Origin: Nitrospiraceae bacterium
GTDB taxonomy: Bacteria; Nitrospirota; Nitrospiria; Nitrospirales; Nitrospiraceae
Reading direction: 5' to 3'
NCBI GenBank assembly: GCA_050246315.1
Contig: JBFWWG010000002.1
Coordinates: 96,001-160,000, forward strand
DNA: 64,000 bases
Positions 1-10,545 of the stretch are shown here, piece after piece. The stretch's first letter is position 1. Each line of letters opens with the position of its first letter. Below the pieces are notes generated by a model, which had not been told where the DNA came from, made no database searches, and saw only the letters and a list, made by a program, of their open reading frames with translations. A program made the position numbers and the translations under genes.

Positions 1-19
1 TTGTGGAAGCGGCTGAGCC

Positions 20-274
20 ATGAATGGGCGAATCGTTCACCGCCTGGATTTGGTCAGTGGGGCATCGATGGCGACGCGGGATGACGAGTGGCCGGCGTAT
101 GTACAGTGGTATTGCTGTTCGTCCTGCCGGCGCCTGTGGACCTATCAGGGAAGCGAAATGGTCGTGCTGGAAAGCCAATTTGCCCTGGCTCCCGCCCTCC
201 CGACACCCGGAGTGCCGGCCCGTTCCTGTTTGGCTTGTGAAGGCAGGGTGTCCGCTCCAACCACCAGGATCTAA
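20..274 (+). CDS. Small Cys-rich hypothetical protein (possible Zn-binding; alternative start ATG at 68)
   Basis: ORF has CCSSC and CLAC pairs about 35 aa apart. Its TAA stop overlaps the CTAA flank of the adjacent MITE-like element. Confidence 0.5.
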   Translation: MNGRIVHRLDLVSGASMATRDDEWPAYVQWYCCSSCRRLWTYQGSEMVVLESQFALAPALPTPGVPARSCLACEGRVSAPTTRI

Positions 275-514
275 TCCACATGATTCATGAACGCTTCTAC
301 TGCAACCGCCGATACGCCGCTGCGACGAGCCAGCATGCGGCTTGGAACGCATGCTGACGGGCAGGCTCGCCCCTCATGGTCTCAACATACTGTTTCAAGT
401 ATGCTTCGCCTCCTCGGGGCTCCACGTGGGGGTACCTATTGCGCTTCTCCATGCAATGGGTCCGACGCGTGGCGTCTTGTCGGTTTCGTCACGAACCGTC
501 ATGAATAATGTGGG
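275..514. mobile_element. MITE-like non-autonomous element, copy 1
   Basis: Imperfect terminal inverted repeats TCCACATGATTCATGA ... TCATGAATAATGTGGG. CTAA direct repeats at 271-274 and 515-518. Internal hairpins at 331-356 and 386-403. Related sequences at 35418-35719 and 51152-51180. Confidence 0.7.
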
Positions 515-551
515 CTAAGCGTTTGCTCCGTTCGGATCGACCGCGACGGCC

Positions 552-1358
552 TCATTGCCGGTGCAGCGTCTTGTAGAGCCGCTGGCGTCGCGAAGAGCCT
601 TGCAGTGCCTGAAACAGGTGCCCGCGGAAGAGGAACATGAGCACCGTGAGTGGAGGCGTGCTGAGCAGCACCAGGAGTGCGCTCAGCTCCTCCGACACAC
701 CGAGTTGCGCGAGCCAGGCGGTCAATGCGGTAAACGGCAGGACCAGCAACTGCATAAAGTCCAGCCCGGCCCCTCGCCCTAGGCGGGATGACAGGGTGAA
801 GAAAAACGTCAGTCCCAAAGGCCCGATGAAGAGGACGAGGGGCAAGAACCACTCGATCCAATTCTCGATCACGAACTCATAACTGGCCTTCATCACTTCC
901 AACGGCGAATCGTGACGCAACTGATAAATGACTTCGGGCGCAGGATTGAGAAGCACAAACAGGAGAAAAAAGATCGCGGTCGCGATAAAGGCACCCTGCG
1001 GATTGGCGGCCATGCCCTGGTCGAGCAACATGAGCGGAATCCACAGGACAAACCCGACTCCGATGACATCCCAGAAATATTTGCCGAAGCTCTCCTGAAT
1101 ATCCCGCAATGAGATCGGCCTGCTGGCCTTGACCGCCAGCTCGAAGAGAAAGAGCGTCGCGCCGATCACCAACGCGTTCACCGCGCCGAGGATGAACCCT
1201 CCGGCAATTCCCAAGGGGGCGGCAATCGAGGTGGCGATCATCATGATTCCCATGAACAAGACCAACGCCAGTACGACAATCCAACCCAGACGAAACGATC
1301 GCCACGTGGCGCTCATCGCCGAGCGATACAGGTCCCAGGTGGCCAGAAAATAGTTCAT
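552..1358 (-). CDS. Multi-pass membrane protein, hypothetical
   Basis: About 6 hydrophobic segments. ATG at 1358 overlaps the SDR stop (ATGA coupling). Confidence 0.75.
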   Translation of the reverse strand: MNYFLATWDLYRSAMSATWRSFRLGWIVVLALVLFMGIMMIATSIAAPLGIAGGFILGAVNALVIGATLFLFELAVKASRPISLRDIQESFGKYFWDVIGVGFVLWIPLMLLDQGMAANPQGAFIATAIFFLLFVLLNPAPEVIYQLRHDSPLEVMKASYEFVIENWIEWFLPLVLFIGPLGLTFFFTLSSRLGRGAGLDFMQLLVLPFTALTAWLAQLGVSEELSALLVLLSTPPLTVLMFLFRGHLFQALQGSSRRQRLYKTLHRQ

Positions 1359-2200
1359 GCTTGGATGGATGGCGACTTGAGGTTGGACTCGCCGGGTAGA
1401 GATCGGCGAATCCACCATCCGGCCAACCTGGCCCACAATCGATCAGGGAGGAGTGGGCGGACCACGCGAACCAAACGGCCGGTCAGACCGGTCGGTAAGA
1501 CGACCGGCCCTGATCCAAGTCGAGCGAGGGATCGGTGCACAACTTCCGAAGCCGATTGCAGCCCTGTCGGATCATGCGGTTCGGCGCCGGCTCGTCGGTG
1601 AAACTCAGTGGCGGTTGAGCCGGGACAACAGGCTTGGACACGCACCCCATAGTGCCGCACTTCTTCAGCCAGGGCTTGTGAGAAGGCGATCAGGAAGGAC
1701 TTTGTCGCCGCGTACACGGCCATGTAGGGGATCGGCAAAAACCCCGCCACCGAAGCGACCGTGATGATGCCGCCCGAGCGGCGCGCGATCATATGGGGAA
1801 GTACAAGATGAATCGTTTCCATCACGGTGACGACGTGCAGACGCAACATGCTTTCAAGTGAAGCCGGCGACATCCTAACAAATTCGCCGAAGAAACCGAA
1901 CCCCGCGTTGTTCACCAGGAGATCTACCTGAGTCTCACGCGAACGAGCGGCCAGATACAGGCGGTGCGCCGCCCCAGGCTCAGCCAGATCGATGACTGCC
2001 GTTTCAACGGTTTGTCCGCCTTCTTTGGGGATGTTGGAGGCCAGCCCGTGGAGCGCCGCTTCATCACGGGCGACCATCAACAGATCATAGCCGCGGGCAG
2101 CCAATGCACGCGCATATTCGGCGCCGATCCCTCTCGATGCGCCGGTGATGACCGCGAAGGGACGACGCCCATCGGTCATTTTTCGGGATGCCCGTGTCAT
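1355..2200 (-). CDS. Short-chain dehydrogenase/reductase
   Basis: TGASRGIG, NNAG and YAATK motifs. Alternative start at 2179. Confidence 0.92.
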   Translation of the reverse strand: MTRASRKMTDGRRPFAVITGASRGIGAEYARALAARGYDLLMVARDEAALHGLASNIPKEGGQTVETAVIDLAEPGAAHRLYLAARSRETQVDLLVNNAGFGFFGEFVRMSPASLESMLRLHVVTVMETIHLVLPHMIARRSGGIITVASVAGFLPIPYMAVYAATKSFLIAFSQALAEEVRHYGVRVQACCPGSTATEFHRRAGAEPHDPTGLQSASEVVHRSLARLGSGPVVLPTGLTGRLVRVVRPLLPDRLWARLAGWWIRRSLPGESNLKSPSIQA

Positions 2201-2285
2201 GGTTCATACATAAAGCGATCGGCTCAGGCTGGTCAAGCGGAAGCGGGACATACCAGGTCATGACGCCAGGCGCGAGCCATGCGGC

Positions 2286-2306
2286 ATTGACTTCAGACAA
2301 GTCGTA
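2286..2306 (+). promoter_or_regulatory. Possible HAIR-like inverted repeat overlapping a TTGACT -35 upstream of clpB
   Basis: ATTGACT-N7-AGTCGTA has the same spacing as the HspR HAIR consensus CTTGAGT-N7-ACTCAAG, but is degenerate. Confidence 0.3.
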
Positions 2307-2363
2307 GTTACCTAACCGTGACAGTCGAGGATGATTGACGCAGCGGAAGGAGCGCGAGACACG

Positions 2364-4964
2364 ATGGATATGAATCGCATGACAATTAAGTTGCAGGAGG
2401 CGTTGCAAGCGGCTTCCGGCCTGGCGATGCGCAGAGGCCATCAAGGGATCGAGATCGAGCATCTCCTGTCGGCCATTCTCGATCAATCCGGTGGCATCGG
2501 TTCCAGCCTCCTGGAATCGGCTGGAGTCTCGCTTCAGGCGATCCGCCAGGCCGTGGAGCAGACGTTGGCTCGGGTCCCTCAGGTTCAAGGACCGGGCAGC
2601 GGGCCCGGACAGATCCATGTCACGTCCCGGCTCTCACAGGTCTTAACCCGAGCCGAACAAGAAATGCAGGCGCTCAAGGATGAGTACCTGAGCGTGGAAC
2701 ATGTCATCATGTCCATGGTCGAGGAGGGTGGCGTCTTCAAGAAGCTCGGCTTGACCAGAGACAAGGTGCTTTCCGCTCTCCAGCATGTCCGCGGCAATCA
2801 ACGCGTCACCAGTCAAGATCCGGAAGGCACGTATCAGGCGCTTGAGAAGTACGGTCGCGACCTCACAAAACTCGCGTCCCAAGGAAAGTTGGACCCTGTC
2901 ATCGGCCGCGACGAGGAGATCAGGCGGGTCATTCAGATCCTTTCCCGCCGGACCAAGAATAATCCGGTCTTGATCGGCGAGCCCGGGGTCGGCAAGACGG
3001 CTATCGTGGAGGGCCTCGCCCAACGAATCGTCAAGGGCGATGTCCCTGAAGGGCTGAAGCAGAAACGCGTGGTCGTGCTCGATATGGGCGCATTGGTTGC
3101 CGGCGCCAAGTTCAGGGGTGAATTCGAAGAACGGCTGAAAGCCGTTCTCAAGGAAATTCAATCCGCCTCCGGCCAGATTCTTCTCTTCATCGATGAGTTG
3201 CACACCGTGGTGGGGGCCGGGGCTGCGGAAGGCGCCATGGATGCGGCCAACCTCCTAAAACCCATGCTTGCGCGCGGAGAACTCCACCTGATCGGCGCCA
3301 CGACTCTCGACGAGTATCGCAAGCACATCGAAAAAGATGCAGCGTTGGAACGGCGTTTTCAGACCGTGCTGGTCGATCAGCCTTCTGTCGAGGATACGAT
3401 TTCGATCCTCCGCGGTCTGAAGGAACGATATGAAGTCCACCACGGTGTTCGGATCAAGGACGCCTCGCTGGTTGCGGCGGCCAAGCTTTCGCATCGTTAC
3501 ATACCCGACCGCTTCCTCCCCGACAAGGCGATCGATCTGGTCGATGAAGCCGCGGCCCGTTTGCGCACCGAGATCGACAGCCTTCCGGCCGAGCTGGATG
3601 AGGTGTCTCGGAAGGTGCTCCAACTTGAAATCGAGCGGGAGGCGTTGCGCAAAGAAACCGACGCAGCCAGCCGCGCCCGCCTCAAGACTCTCGAGGACGA
3701 ACTCGACGAAAAAAACCGGGATCTGCAGATCCTCAAGGCACGCTGGGAGGCCGAAAAGGTGTCGGTCGGCCGTTTGAGGAAGTTACGCCAGCAGATCGAA
3801 CAGGCCAAGCAGGAGATCGAGCGGGCAGAGCGCGCCTATGACCTCAATCGCGTGGCGGAACTGCGGTACGGCGAGCTGCCCAAATTGGAACGGGAACTGG
3901 CGTCGGAGGAGCACCACCTTCAGAAAAAACAGGGCGAGCAACGTTTGCTCAAGGAAGAGGTGGACGAAGAAGATATCGCCCTTGTGGTGAGCCGATGGAC
4001 GGGTATTCCAGTCACGAGGCTGGTCGAAGGCGAGGCGGATAAGATTCTCCGGTTGGAGGATCTTCTCCATGAGCGGGTGATCGGCCAGGCGGAAGCGGTA
4101 CGGGCCGTCGCGGATGCGGTGCTTCGCGCCAGATCCGGCATTAAGGACCCTAAACGACCGATCGGATCGTTCCTCTTTCTCGGCCCGACCGGAGTCGGCA
4201 AGACAGAATTGGCAAGGGCGCTGGCCGCGACGCTCTTTGATGACGAAGGCAATCTCATTCGGATCGATATGTCCGAATATATGGAAAAACACACGGTCGC
4301 CCGTCTCGTGGGGGCGCCTCCCGGCTATGTCGGTTATGAAGAAGGTGGCCAACTGACGGAGGCGGTTCGGCGGCGGCCTTACTCCGTCATCCTGTTCGAC
4401 GAAGTGGAAAAGGCACATGCCGACGTCTTCAATATGCTGCTGCAAGTCTTGGACGACGGGCGTCTCACCGATTCACAGGGCCGGACGGTGGATTTCAAGA
4501 ATACGGTGCTCATCATGACCTCCAATATCGGCAGCCAGCATATTCTGGAGGCGCAGCAGTTGCGGCGATCCTATGAGGACATTCGGAACATGGTGCTCCG
4601 AGACCTTCGCCAGCATTTTCGTCCGGAATTCCTGAATCGCGTGGACGAAACAGTCGTGTTCCATCCCCTCACCGAGCAGGACCTGGGCCGTATCGTCGAG
4701 ATTCAGTTGGGACGACTCCGGGAACGGTTGGCAGAGCGGCGAATCACGCTCACTCTGACCCCAGCGGCTCGGACACAAATTGCCGCCTTGGGCTATGACC
4801 CAGTTTATGGCGCGCGCCCTCTCAAACGATTGATCCAACAGGAGGTAGAGACGCCCATGGCACGCCAGTTGGTGAAGGGAGAACTGAGGGACGGCGACAG
4901 CGCCGTGATCGACGTTAAGGACGACCGGATCGTCGTCATTCCGGTCGTGGAGTCGAAATCCTGA
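2364..4964 (+). CDS. clpB: ATP-dependent chaperone ClpB
   Basis: Two AAA+ modules ([16 protein letters not shown]), coiled-coil M domain (AELRYG), and RIDMSEY and GARPL motifs. Start taken at MDMNRMT, after AAGGAG. Confidence 0.97.
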   Translation: MDMNRMTIKLQEALQAASGLAMRRGHQGIEIEHLLSAILDQSGGIGSSLLESAGVSLQAIRQAVEQTLARVPQVQGPGSGPGQIHVTSRLSQVLTRAEQEMQALKDEYLSVEHVIMSMVEEGGVFKKLGLTRDKVLSALQHVRGNQRVTSQDPEGTYQALEKYGRDLTKLASQGKLDPVIGRDEEIRRVIQILSRRTKNNPVLIGEPGVGKTAIVEGLAQRIVKGDVPEGLKQKRVVVLDMGALVAGAKFRGEFEERLKAVLKEIQSASGQILLFIDELHTVVGAGAAEGAMDAANLLKPMLARGELHLIGATTLDEYRKHIEKDAALERRFQTVLVDQPSVEDTISILRGLKERYEVHHGVRIKDASLVAAAKLSHRYIPDRFLPDKAIDLVDEAAARLRTEIDSLPAELDEVSRKVLQLEIEREALRKETDAASRARLKTLEDELDEKNRDLQILKARWEAEKVSVGRLRKLRQQIEQAKQEIERAERAYDLNRVAELRYGELPKLERELASEEHHLQKKQGEQRLLKEEVDEEDIALVVSRWTGIPVTRLVEGEADKILRLEDLLHERVIGQAEAVRAVADAVLRARSGIKDPKRPIGSFLFLGPTGVGKTELARALAATLFDDEGNLIRIDMSEYMEKHTVARLVGAPPGYVGYEEGGQLTEAVRRRPYSVILFDEVEKAHADVFNMLLQVLDDGRLTDSQGRTVDFKNTVLIMTSNIGSQHILEAQQLRRSYEDIRNMVLRDLRQHFRPEFLNRVDETVVFHPLTEQDLGRIVEIQLGRLRERLAERRITLTLTPAARTQIAALGYDPVYGARPLKRLIQQEVETPMARQLVKGELRDGDSAVIDVKDDRIVVIPVVESKS

Positions 4965-5017
4965 TCAACCCGCGGCCCGCCCGATCGCGCGATTATTCGC
5001 CCCGACCTACCCGACGG

Positions 5018-5443
5018 TCAACCGATCGCGGCTGCGCCGCCTTTGGCGTCGGTATCTCCGTCGCTCAGCCGATGTTTGTCGATGCGACACTCCGTCGGCG
5101 AAATCTCGCACAGGTGCCCCTTGATGGTCCAGAACGAGCCCTTTTTGATCGTGACGCGATCCGGGGGCCGGTATTCCAGGTGCAGAACCACTTTCCCTGA
5201 CTCGATTTCTTTGAGTTCAACCGTGTTCGGCGCCTTGTTTAGTTCGTACGCCCGCCGCTCATTGAACGCAAGAGAACTGTCCACAACCTTGGCGACCATG
5301 CGGCCGGGCTGATCGAATAGCGCGAAATTCACGAGCAGAGCCCCGGTCGACGGTTTCACCCCAAGTTGCACCAGTGGCACCCCTTCCATTTCGATCACCC
5401 CGTTAGAATTCCGAAAGACGTTCGAGCCAATTTCAATATCCAT
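5018..5443 (-). CDS. Hypothetical protein (beta-rich)
   Basis: ORF MDIEIGSN... preceded by GGAGGG. Co-oriented with comM. Confidence 0.7.
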   Translation of the reverse strand: MDIEIGSNVFRNSNGVIEMEGVPLVQLGVKPSTGALLVNFALFDQPGRMVAKVVDSSLAFNERRAYELNKAPNTVELKEIESGKVVLHLEYRPPDRVTIKKGSFWTIKGHLCEISPTECRIDKHRLSDGDTDAKGGAAAIG

Positions 5444-5536
5444 GCACCCCTCCGCTGTCTGTCGATCGAATAGCAATCGCCGAATAACGTTCGTCATCCC
5501 ACAGCAGGCTTCCGAGGAGGACGATCGCTCCCCTAC

Positions 5537-5755
5537 TCACGCTTTTTTGATCCGGTTCAGGATCAGGGCAATGCAGCCTCCCATCAGCCCGCCGCCTGTC
5601 ACGGCCGTCAAGATCTCAAGAAACTTCGCCTCCCAGACCGACCCTTGGGCCTGCATCACTTCCCGGATGCCGCCTTGCAGCATGATGACCGCCAAGGCCA
5701 TTGTCGCTCCGATCAGAAACCACCACAGAAATGTTCTTAGCGGCTGCATGAGCAA
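5537..5755 (-). CDS. Small two-TM membrane protein
   Basis: Two hydrophobic helices. Lies 3 bp downstream of comM. Confidence 0.7.
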   Translation of the reverse strand: MLMQPLRTFLWWFLIGATMALAVIMLQGGIREVMQAQGSVWEAKFLEILTAVTGGGLMGGCIALILNRIKKA

Positions 5756-5758
5756 CGC

Positions 5759-7288
5759 CTATCCTTCGACCTTTCGATCAAGAGAACGGTACTGCACCGC
5801 TTCGGCCACATGCGCCGTTGCAATGAGTTCAGTTCCGGCCAGGTCCGCGATGGTTCTCGCCACGCGCAGAATACGCCCATAGGCCCGGGCGGACAAGCCA
5901 AGCCTGCCCATCGCCTGTTCGATCAAGCTGCGCGCCTCCTCATTCAACGCACAATACTTGGGGAGCTGCTTCGGCTTCAACTGGGTATTGGTGACCCAGC
6001 CTTCTTTGCGATAGCGAGCCCGCTGCCGGGCGCGGGCCTCCACAACCCGGGCTCGAATCGAGACGGAACTCTCAGCCACAGGCCCATTGCGGCCGAGGTC
6101 TTGGATCGACACTGGCGGGACCTCGATGTGGAGGTCCAGACGGTCTTGCAACGGTCCGGACAGACGTCCTCGGTATCGACGAATTTGGTACGGCGTGCAG
6201 AGGCATTCCCGCGAGCGGTCTCCGTAATAGCCGCAGGGACAGGGATTCATCGCTGCGATCAGCATCACGCGGGCCGGATAACGGACCGAGGCATTCGCCC
6301 GAGTCAGCAACAGCACGCCCTCCTCCAGCGGTTGTCGCAATCCATCGAGAACATGCCGTTTAAACTCCAACACTTCGTCCAGAAACAACACGCCTTGATG
6401 GGCGAGCGAGATCTCTCCGGGCCGAGGGATCACTCCGCCGCCGATCAGCCCCGCGTCTGAGATGCTATGGTGGGGGGCCCGAAACGGTCTGCTGGTGATG
6501 AGCGGTGCCTGCCCGTCGAGTAGACCTGCGCAACTATAGATCCTGGTCGTCTCCAACGCCTCATCCAGTTCAAACGGCGGCAGAATGCCCGAGACGCGCC
6601 GGGCCAGCATGGTCTTACCCGACCCCGGCGGGCCGACCATCAGCACATTGTGTCCGCCGGCCGCGGCGATTTCGAGAGCTCGTTTGGCATGTCCTTGTCC
6701 TTTCACATCGGCAAAGTCGTCGTGCTCCTGGTCCGATCCGGTCACATAAGCTTCCCGATCGACAATGGTTGGTTGGATGTCTCGCTGTCCCTGCAACCAG
6801 GCCACGACCTCCGGCAGAGTCCGTACCGATACGACACGGGTGCCCTCAATCATCGCGGCTTCCACGGCATTGTCGGCCGGGACGATCAGCGTCCGTGTCG
6901 GTCCGACCGCGATGCTCATGGCCAGCGCGCCCGGCACCGGTTTGACCTGGCCGTCGAGCGAGAGTTCGCCGATGAACACCTTGTCCGCCACCGCCTCGCG
7001 TGAAACAATCTCTTCGGCCACCAACAAGCCGATCGCGATGGCGAGATCAAGGCCTGAGCCTTCTTTCCTCAAGTCGGCCGGCGCAAGGTTGACCGTGATT
7101 CTCTTGATGGGAAACGAAAACCCTGTGTTCTTCAGCGCGGCACGGACTCGGTCTCGGCTTTCCTTTACCGTGACGTCCGGAAGGCCGACGACGGAAAATT
7201 GGGGCAGCCCGCCGCCTATGTCCACCTCCACTTCGATCAGATGGGCGTCCATCCCGACGACCGTGCTGCTGAGGACTTTCGAAAGCAT
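5759..7288 (-). CDS. comM: YifB/ComM family Mg-chelatase-like AAA+ ATPase
   Basis: ITVNLAPAD.KEG, GPPGSGKT, RAPHH, GEISLAH, NPCPCG and ARTIADL motifs. Confidence 0.95.
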   Translation of the reverse strand: MLSKVLSSTVVGMDAHLIEVEVDIGGGLPQFSVVGLPDVTVKESRDRVRAALKNTGFSFPIKRITVNLAPADLRKEGSGLDLAIAIGLLVAEEIVSREAVADKVFIGELSLDGQVKPVPGALAMSIAVGPTRTLIVPADNAVEAAMIEGTRVVSVRTLPEVVAWLQGQRDIQPTIVDREAYVTGSDQEHDDFADVKGQGHAKRALEIAAAGGHNVLMVGPPGSGKTMLARRVSGILPPFELDEALETTRIYSCAGLLDGQAPLITSRPFRAPHHSISDAGLIGGGVIPRPGEISLAHQGVLFLDEVLEFKRHVLDGLRQPLEEGVLLLTRANASVRYPARVMLIAAMNPCPCGYYGDRSRECLCTPYQIRRYRGRLSGPLQDRLDLHIEVPPVSIQDLGRNGPVAESSVSIRARVVEARARQRARYRKEGWVTNTQLKPKQLPKYCALNEEARSLIEQAMGRLGLSARAYGRILRVARTIADLAGTELIATAHVAEAVQYRSLDRKVEG

Positions 7289-7370
7289 GCCGCTGTTGTG
7301 GGATGATGGAGGTGGTCATGGTTCAACCCGCGGACATGGGGTTGATCCGGTATTCCTCGTAAGCAGGAGA

Positions 7371-7399
7371 ATTATAGGGACGGGACCCGTTGGTTTCAA
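7371..7399 (-). promoter_or_regulatory. sigma70-type promoter for comM
   Basis: Minus strand reads TTGAAA-N17-TATAAT. Confidence 0.7.
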
Positions 7400-7488
7400 C
7401 AATGGCTCCCCAATTGTGTATTTGAGTATAATGAGGCCGCCGCTGAAGGTCGGACTGGCGACACACGACTGAGGGAGTCCGTTCCACC

Positions 7489-9072
7489 ATGTCACGTACG
7501 CTGATCCTATCGATCGCGCCCTCTTTTCGATGGACGATCCGTATCTGGTCCAACCGGCTTCCCCGGATCCTTGCCTGCTGCTTCACCATTGCTTCACTAT
7601 GCCTTGTCCCTGACTCGGCCATACGAGCAGGGATTCCCGTGCGAGACTCTGGCACCTGGACTTCCGCGACGCCCGCTCCGACGAGACGGACCGAGGTCGC
7701 AGCCGCAACGTTGGACGGTCGAATTTATGTTGTGGGAGGCTTCGAAGCTCCCGCGCTCGGCAACCTGTTGAATCTGAGCGTCAGTGATAAGGTCGAGGTC
7801 TATAGTCCGCAAGACGATCGATGGACGACCGCGGCGCCACTACCGGTCGGGTTGCACCATGCCGGCTTGGCCGCCGTTGGTCGACAGTTGTATCTCGTCG
7901 GAGGCTATACGCGCTCGGGCTTGTCCGTCTGGAAACCGGTGGCTTCCCTCTACCGGTACGATCCCCAGACAGACCGCTGGTCCGAAGGCACACCAATGTC
8001 CACTCCCCGTGGCGCTCTCGCCCTGGCCGTCGTCGACGGGCGCATCCTGGCAATCGGCGGCTACAATGGCGACATGAACCTCGCCGCCGTCGAAGAATAT
8101 GATCCACAGACCGATCGCTGGACTTCGAAGGCCTCCCTCCCTGCGCCACGCGATCATCTGGCCGCCGCCGCCGACGGTCGCTACATTTATGCCATCGGCG
8201 GCCGGCTGAAAGGCAGTTACAGTCAGAACGTGGCGCTGGTCCACCAATACGACCCAGAATCGGATCGGTGGACCCAACGTGCGAACCTCCCGACCGCTCG
8301 GAGCGGCATCAGCGCGGCGGTCCTGGCCGGGCGGATCTATGTGTTCGGAGGCGAAGCTCCGAATGGAACCTTTACAACCACAGAATGCTACATGCCGGTC
8401 TCCGACAACTGGCAGATGATGGCCCCGATGCCCACCGGACGTCACGGATTGGCTTCCGCTGTCGTGGGAGACCGAATATTCGTGATTGCGGGGGGGCCAG
8501 AGCCCGGCGGATCGTTTAGCAATGCGAACGAGGTGTTCGCGCCGCCATCCGATAGCCCCGCTACCAACACCGATCAGAAGGCGACCCCCGCTCACGTCGG
8601 CAGCGTCATGGCGGTGTTGGCCACCCTTGGTGATGCCGGTGTGCTGCCGCCGGAGGGAACCGGAGAGGCCAACCGCATCATCAAGAGCCTGATCCAGTTT
8701 CAGGCGGCCATGATGAAGAGTGCCGATTTGCAGGTGCGGACCTTCTTCGAGAAGGCCGTCGAACGTCAGTTCGGCCCCGAGGGCCGGCCGCGGTTGGACA
8801 TGGCCCGCCGGAAGGGTTGGACTTCGGAGGTCTTGGAGGCTGTCGCCGAGTTCGCGGTGGGACCGGTTCAATGGGATCAGGCCAGGCTGGACGAGGGGTG
8901 GCGTGCCTACAACGTGACCCAATCGGACTTGCAGGTCCTTGCGACTCTGTTCATGGATGCCCGGGCGCGATTCTCGTCGAACCGGCAAAATATTCACGAT
9001 GTGTTTGCGTCCAAACGCCGATCCATGCCGGGAGCGAGCCAGAGTGGACGGTTCCCGGACAACACGATGTAA
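7489..9072 (+). CDS. Exported Kelch-repeat beta-propeller protein with an extra C-terminal helical domain
   Basis: Six repeats of the type IYVxGG...YDP.TD.W, an N-terminal hydrophobic segment, and about 170 aa of unrelated C-terminus. Confidence 0.88.
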   Translation: MSRTLILSIAPSFRWTIRIWSNRLPRILACCFTIASLCLVPDSAIRAGIPVRDSGTWTSATPAPTRRTEVAAATLDGRIYVVGGFEAPALGNLLNLSVSDKVEVYSPQDDRWTTAAPLPVGLHHAGLAAVGRQLYLVGGYTRSGLSVWKPVASLYRYDPQTDRWSEGTPMSTPRGALALAVVDGRILAIGGYNGDMNLAAVEEYDPQTDRWTSKASLPAPRDHLAAAADGRYIYAIGGRLKGSYSQNVALVHQYDPESDRWTQRANLPTARSGISAAVLAGRIYVFGGEAPNGTFTTTECYMPVSDNWQMMAPMPTGRHGLASAVVGDRIFVIAGGPEPGGSFSNANEVFAPPSDSPATNTDQKATPAHVGSVMAVLATLGDAGVLPPEGTGEANRIIKSLIQFQAAMMKSADLQVRTFFEKAVERQFGPEGRPRLDMARRKGWTSEVLEAVAEFAVGPVQWDQARLDEGWRAYNVTQSDLQVLATLFMDARARFSSNRQNIHDVFASKRRSMPGASQSGRFPDNTM

Positions 9073-9098
9073 CCGCTGAGAAGCGAAAGGAGGAGCCA

Positions 9099-9335
9099 AT
9101 GGCTACACGGGCTTATGTGCTGATCAAAGTGCGTGCCGGAAAGACCAAAGCGGTCGTCGAGGCGTTGCGAAAACTGCCCGGCATCGAGCAGGTCCATCCT
9201 TGTTTTGGACAACCCGACATCTTCAGTTTCGTCAGCGTGACCGACGAACGGGCTCTGTCAGAGGTCGTGATCACCAGAATTCACACCATCGAGGGAGTGG
9301 AGGAGACCGATACGCATATCGTGGCCGACACCTAA
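9099..9335 (+). CDS. Lrp/AsnC ligand-binding (RAM) domain protein, 78 aa
   Basis: MATRAYVLIKV...G.PD...I..IEGV.ET.T pattern. Strong RBS AGGAGGAG. No HTH domain. Confidence 0.85.
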   Translation: MATRAYVLIKVRAGKTKAVVEALRKLPGIEQVHPCFGQPDIFSFVSVTDERALSEVVITRIHTIEGVEETDTHIVADT

Positions 9336-9346
9336 CGGCTCCTCCG

Positions 9347-10321
9347 TTAGGACTTCGTCGCGTGACGGGACTGGGCTTGAGCTATCCGATAACAGGATTC
9401 GACAAGCCTGAGTGCTTCCAAGCCTTCGTGCCCAGGAATGGGCATCGGTCTATTGTGGACCACGGCCTGCACAAAGGCCGAGAGGACCGATAGGATCGTC
9501 GGTTGCTCCGGTTCCTTCCACGCAATCGAAGCCTGTTCGCCCCGCCGATGGATCAGGTCATGATTGACCCAATCGGCGGACAAGACGTCGCGCGATCCGG
9601 ATGCCGAGACTGTTCCGATTCGTTCCGATTGTGACCAGGCAACCAACAGATTGATGCTTATGCCCTCGATAGTCGACAGTCGAATGTCGGCCCTGGTCTC
9701 AAATCCGGCCGGCGGCAATCGATCCACGCTGCAGGCCTCGACACGTGGAGCGGAATCAGTTAGATATCGCGCCAAGTCCAGGAGATGGATGCCTAGATCC
9801 AGGAGCACGCCTCTCCCTCCAAATCCCGGATTGTCGAGGGGACGTGGTCTTGCCGGTACCGTGAGGGTCATCGCGAGGGAATCGATGGCCTCGAACTCGG
9901 CCAGGCGCGAACGAAACGTGTCCAGTGCACGATTGAACCGGAGGGTCTGGGCGACCATCAACGGGACGCCGGCCTTGTCAGCGATGTGCACCATCTCCAC
10001 TCCATCCGATTCGGTCGTGGCCAGGGGTTTTTCCACCAAAAGCGGCTTGCCTGCAGCGACGGCGGCATGGCAAATCAATGGAGACAGTTGCGGCGGTGCG
10101 GCAGAAACCACCACCTCGACCGAGGGATGTTGCACCAGGTCCGTCACCCGTTCGATCACGGTGACGGGATAGGGAACCGGAAGCGGAAACCCTTGGTTCG
10201 GATTCTTGCGACAGACGGCGATCAAGCGGACGCCTGGCACATCCTCCAACAGATGGCGCGCGTAGCGTAGCCCCTGCCGTCCCAGTCCGATCAGTCCGAT
10301 CCCTACCGGCGGTTGTTTCAT
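9347..10321 (-). CDS. Gfo/Idh/MocA family oxidoreductase
   Basis: GLIGLG, EKP and GGRGVLLDLGIH motifs. Confidence 0.9.
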   Translation of the reverse strand: MKQPPVGIGLIGLGRQGLRYARHLLEDVPGVRLIAVCRKNPNQGFPLPVPYPVTVIERVTDLVQHPSVEVVVSAAPPQLSPLICHAAVAAGKPLLVEKPLATTESDGVEMVHIADKAGVPLMVAQTLRFNRALDTFRSRLAEFEAIDSLAMTLTVPARPRPLDNPGFGGRGVLLDLGIHLLDLARYLTDSAPRVEACSVDRLPPAGFETRADIRLSTIEGISINLLVAWSQSERIGTVSASGSRDVLSADWVNHDLIHRRGEQASIAWKEPEQPTILSVLSAFVQAVVHNRPMPIPGHEGLEALRLVESCYRIAQAQSRHATKS

Positions 10322-10436
10322 CGTAGTCCTTCGCAGGTCGGACCTGGTCCGAGCCCAACCGCTCCTTCGTCGGTCGCGCGCTGACCAAGTCCGTCATCGG
10401 TTGCAACGACAGGTGCTTCAGTCCGCGAGCCCTCCG

Positions 10437-10466
10437 TTGACACCCTTCGAATCAGATCTTTATAGT
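10437..10466 (+). promoter_or_regulatory. sigma70-type promoter
   Basis: TTGACA-N18-TATAGT, 80 bp upstream of the ORF at 10546. Confidence 0.6.
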
Positions 10467-10545
10467 ATCAAAGGCCACGCAGAAAGCCGAAGAGGCAGAT
10501 GACGATTACAAGAACCGATCGGATGGAACACCCAAGGATCAACGC

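Noticed and set aside
7840..9099. 419-aa minus-strand ORF
   Set aside because: Antisense shadow of the Kelch gene with no motifs. Such ORFs are expected in GC-rich DNA.
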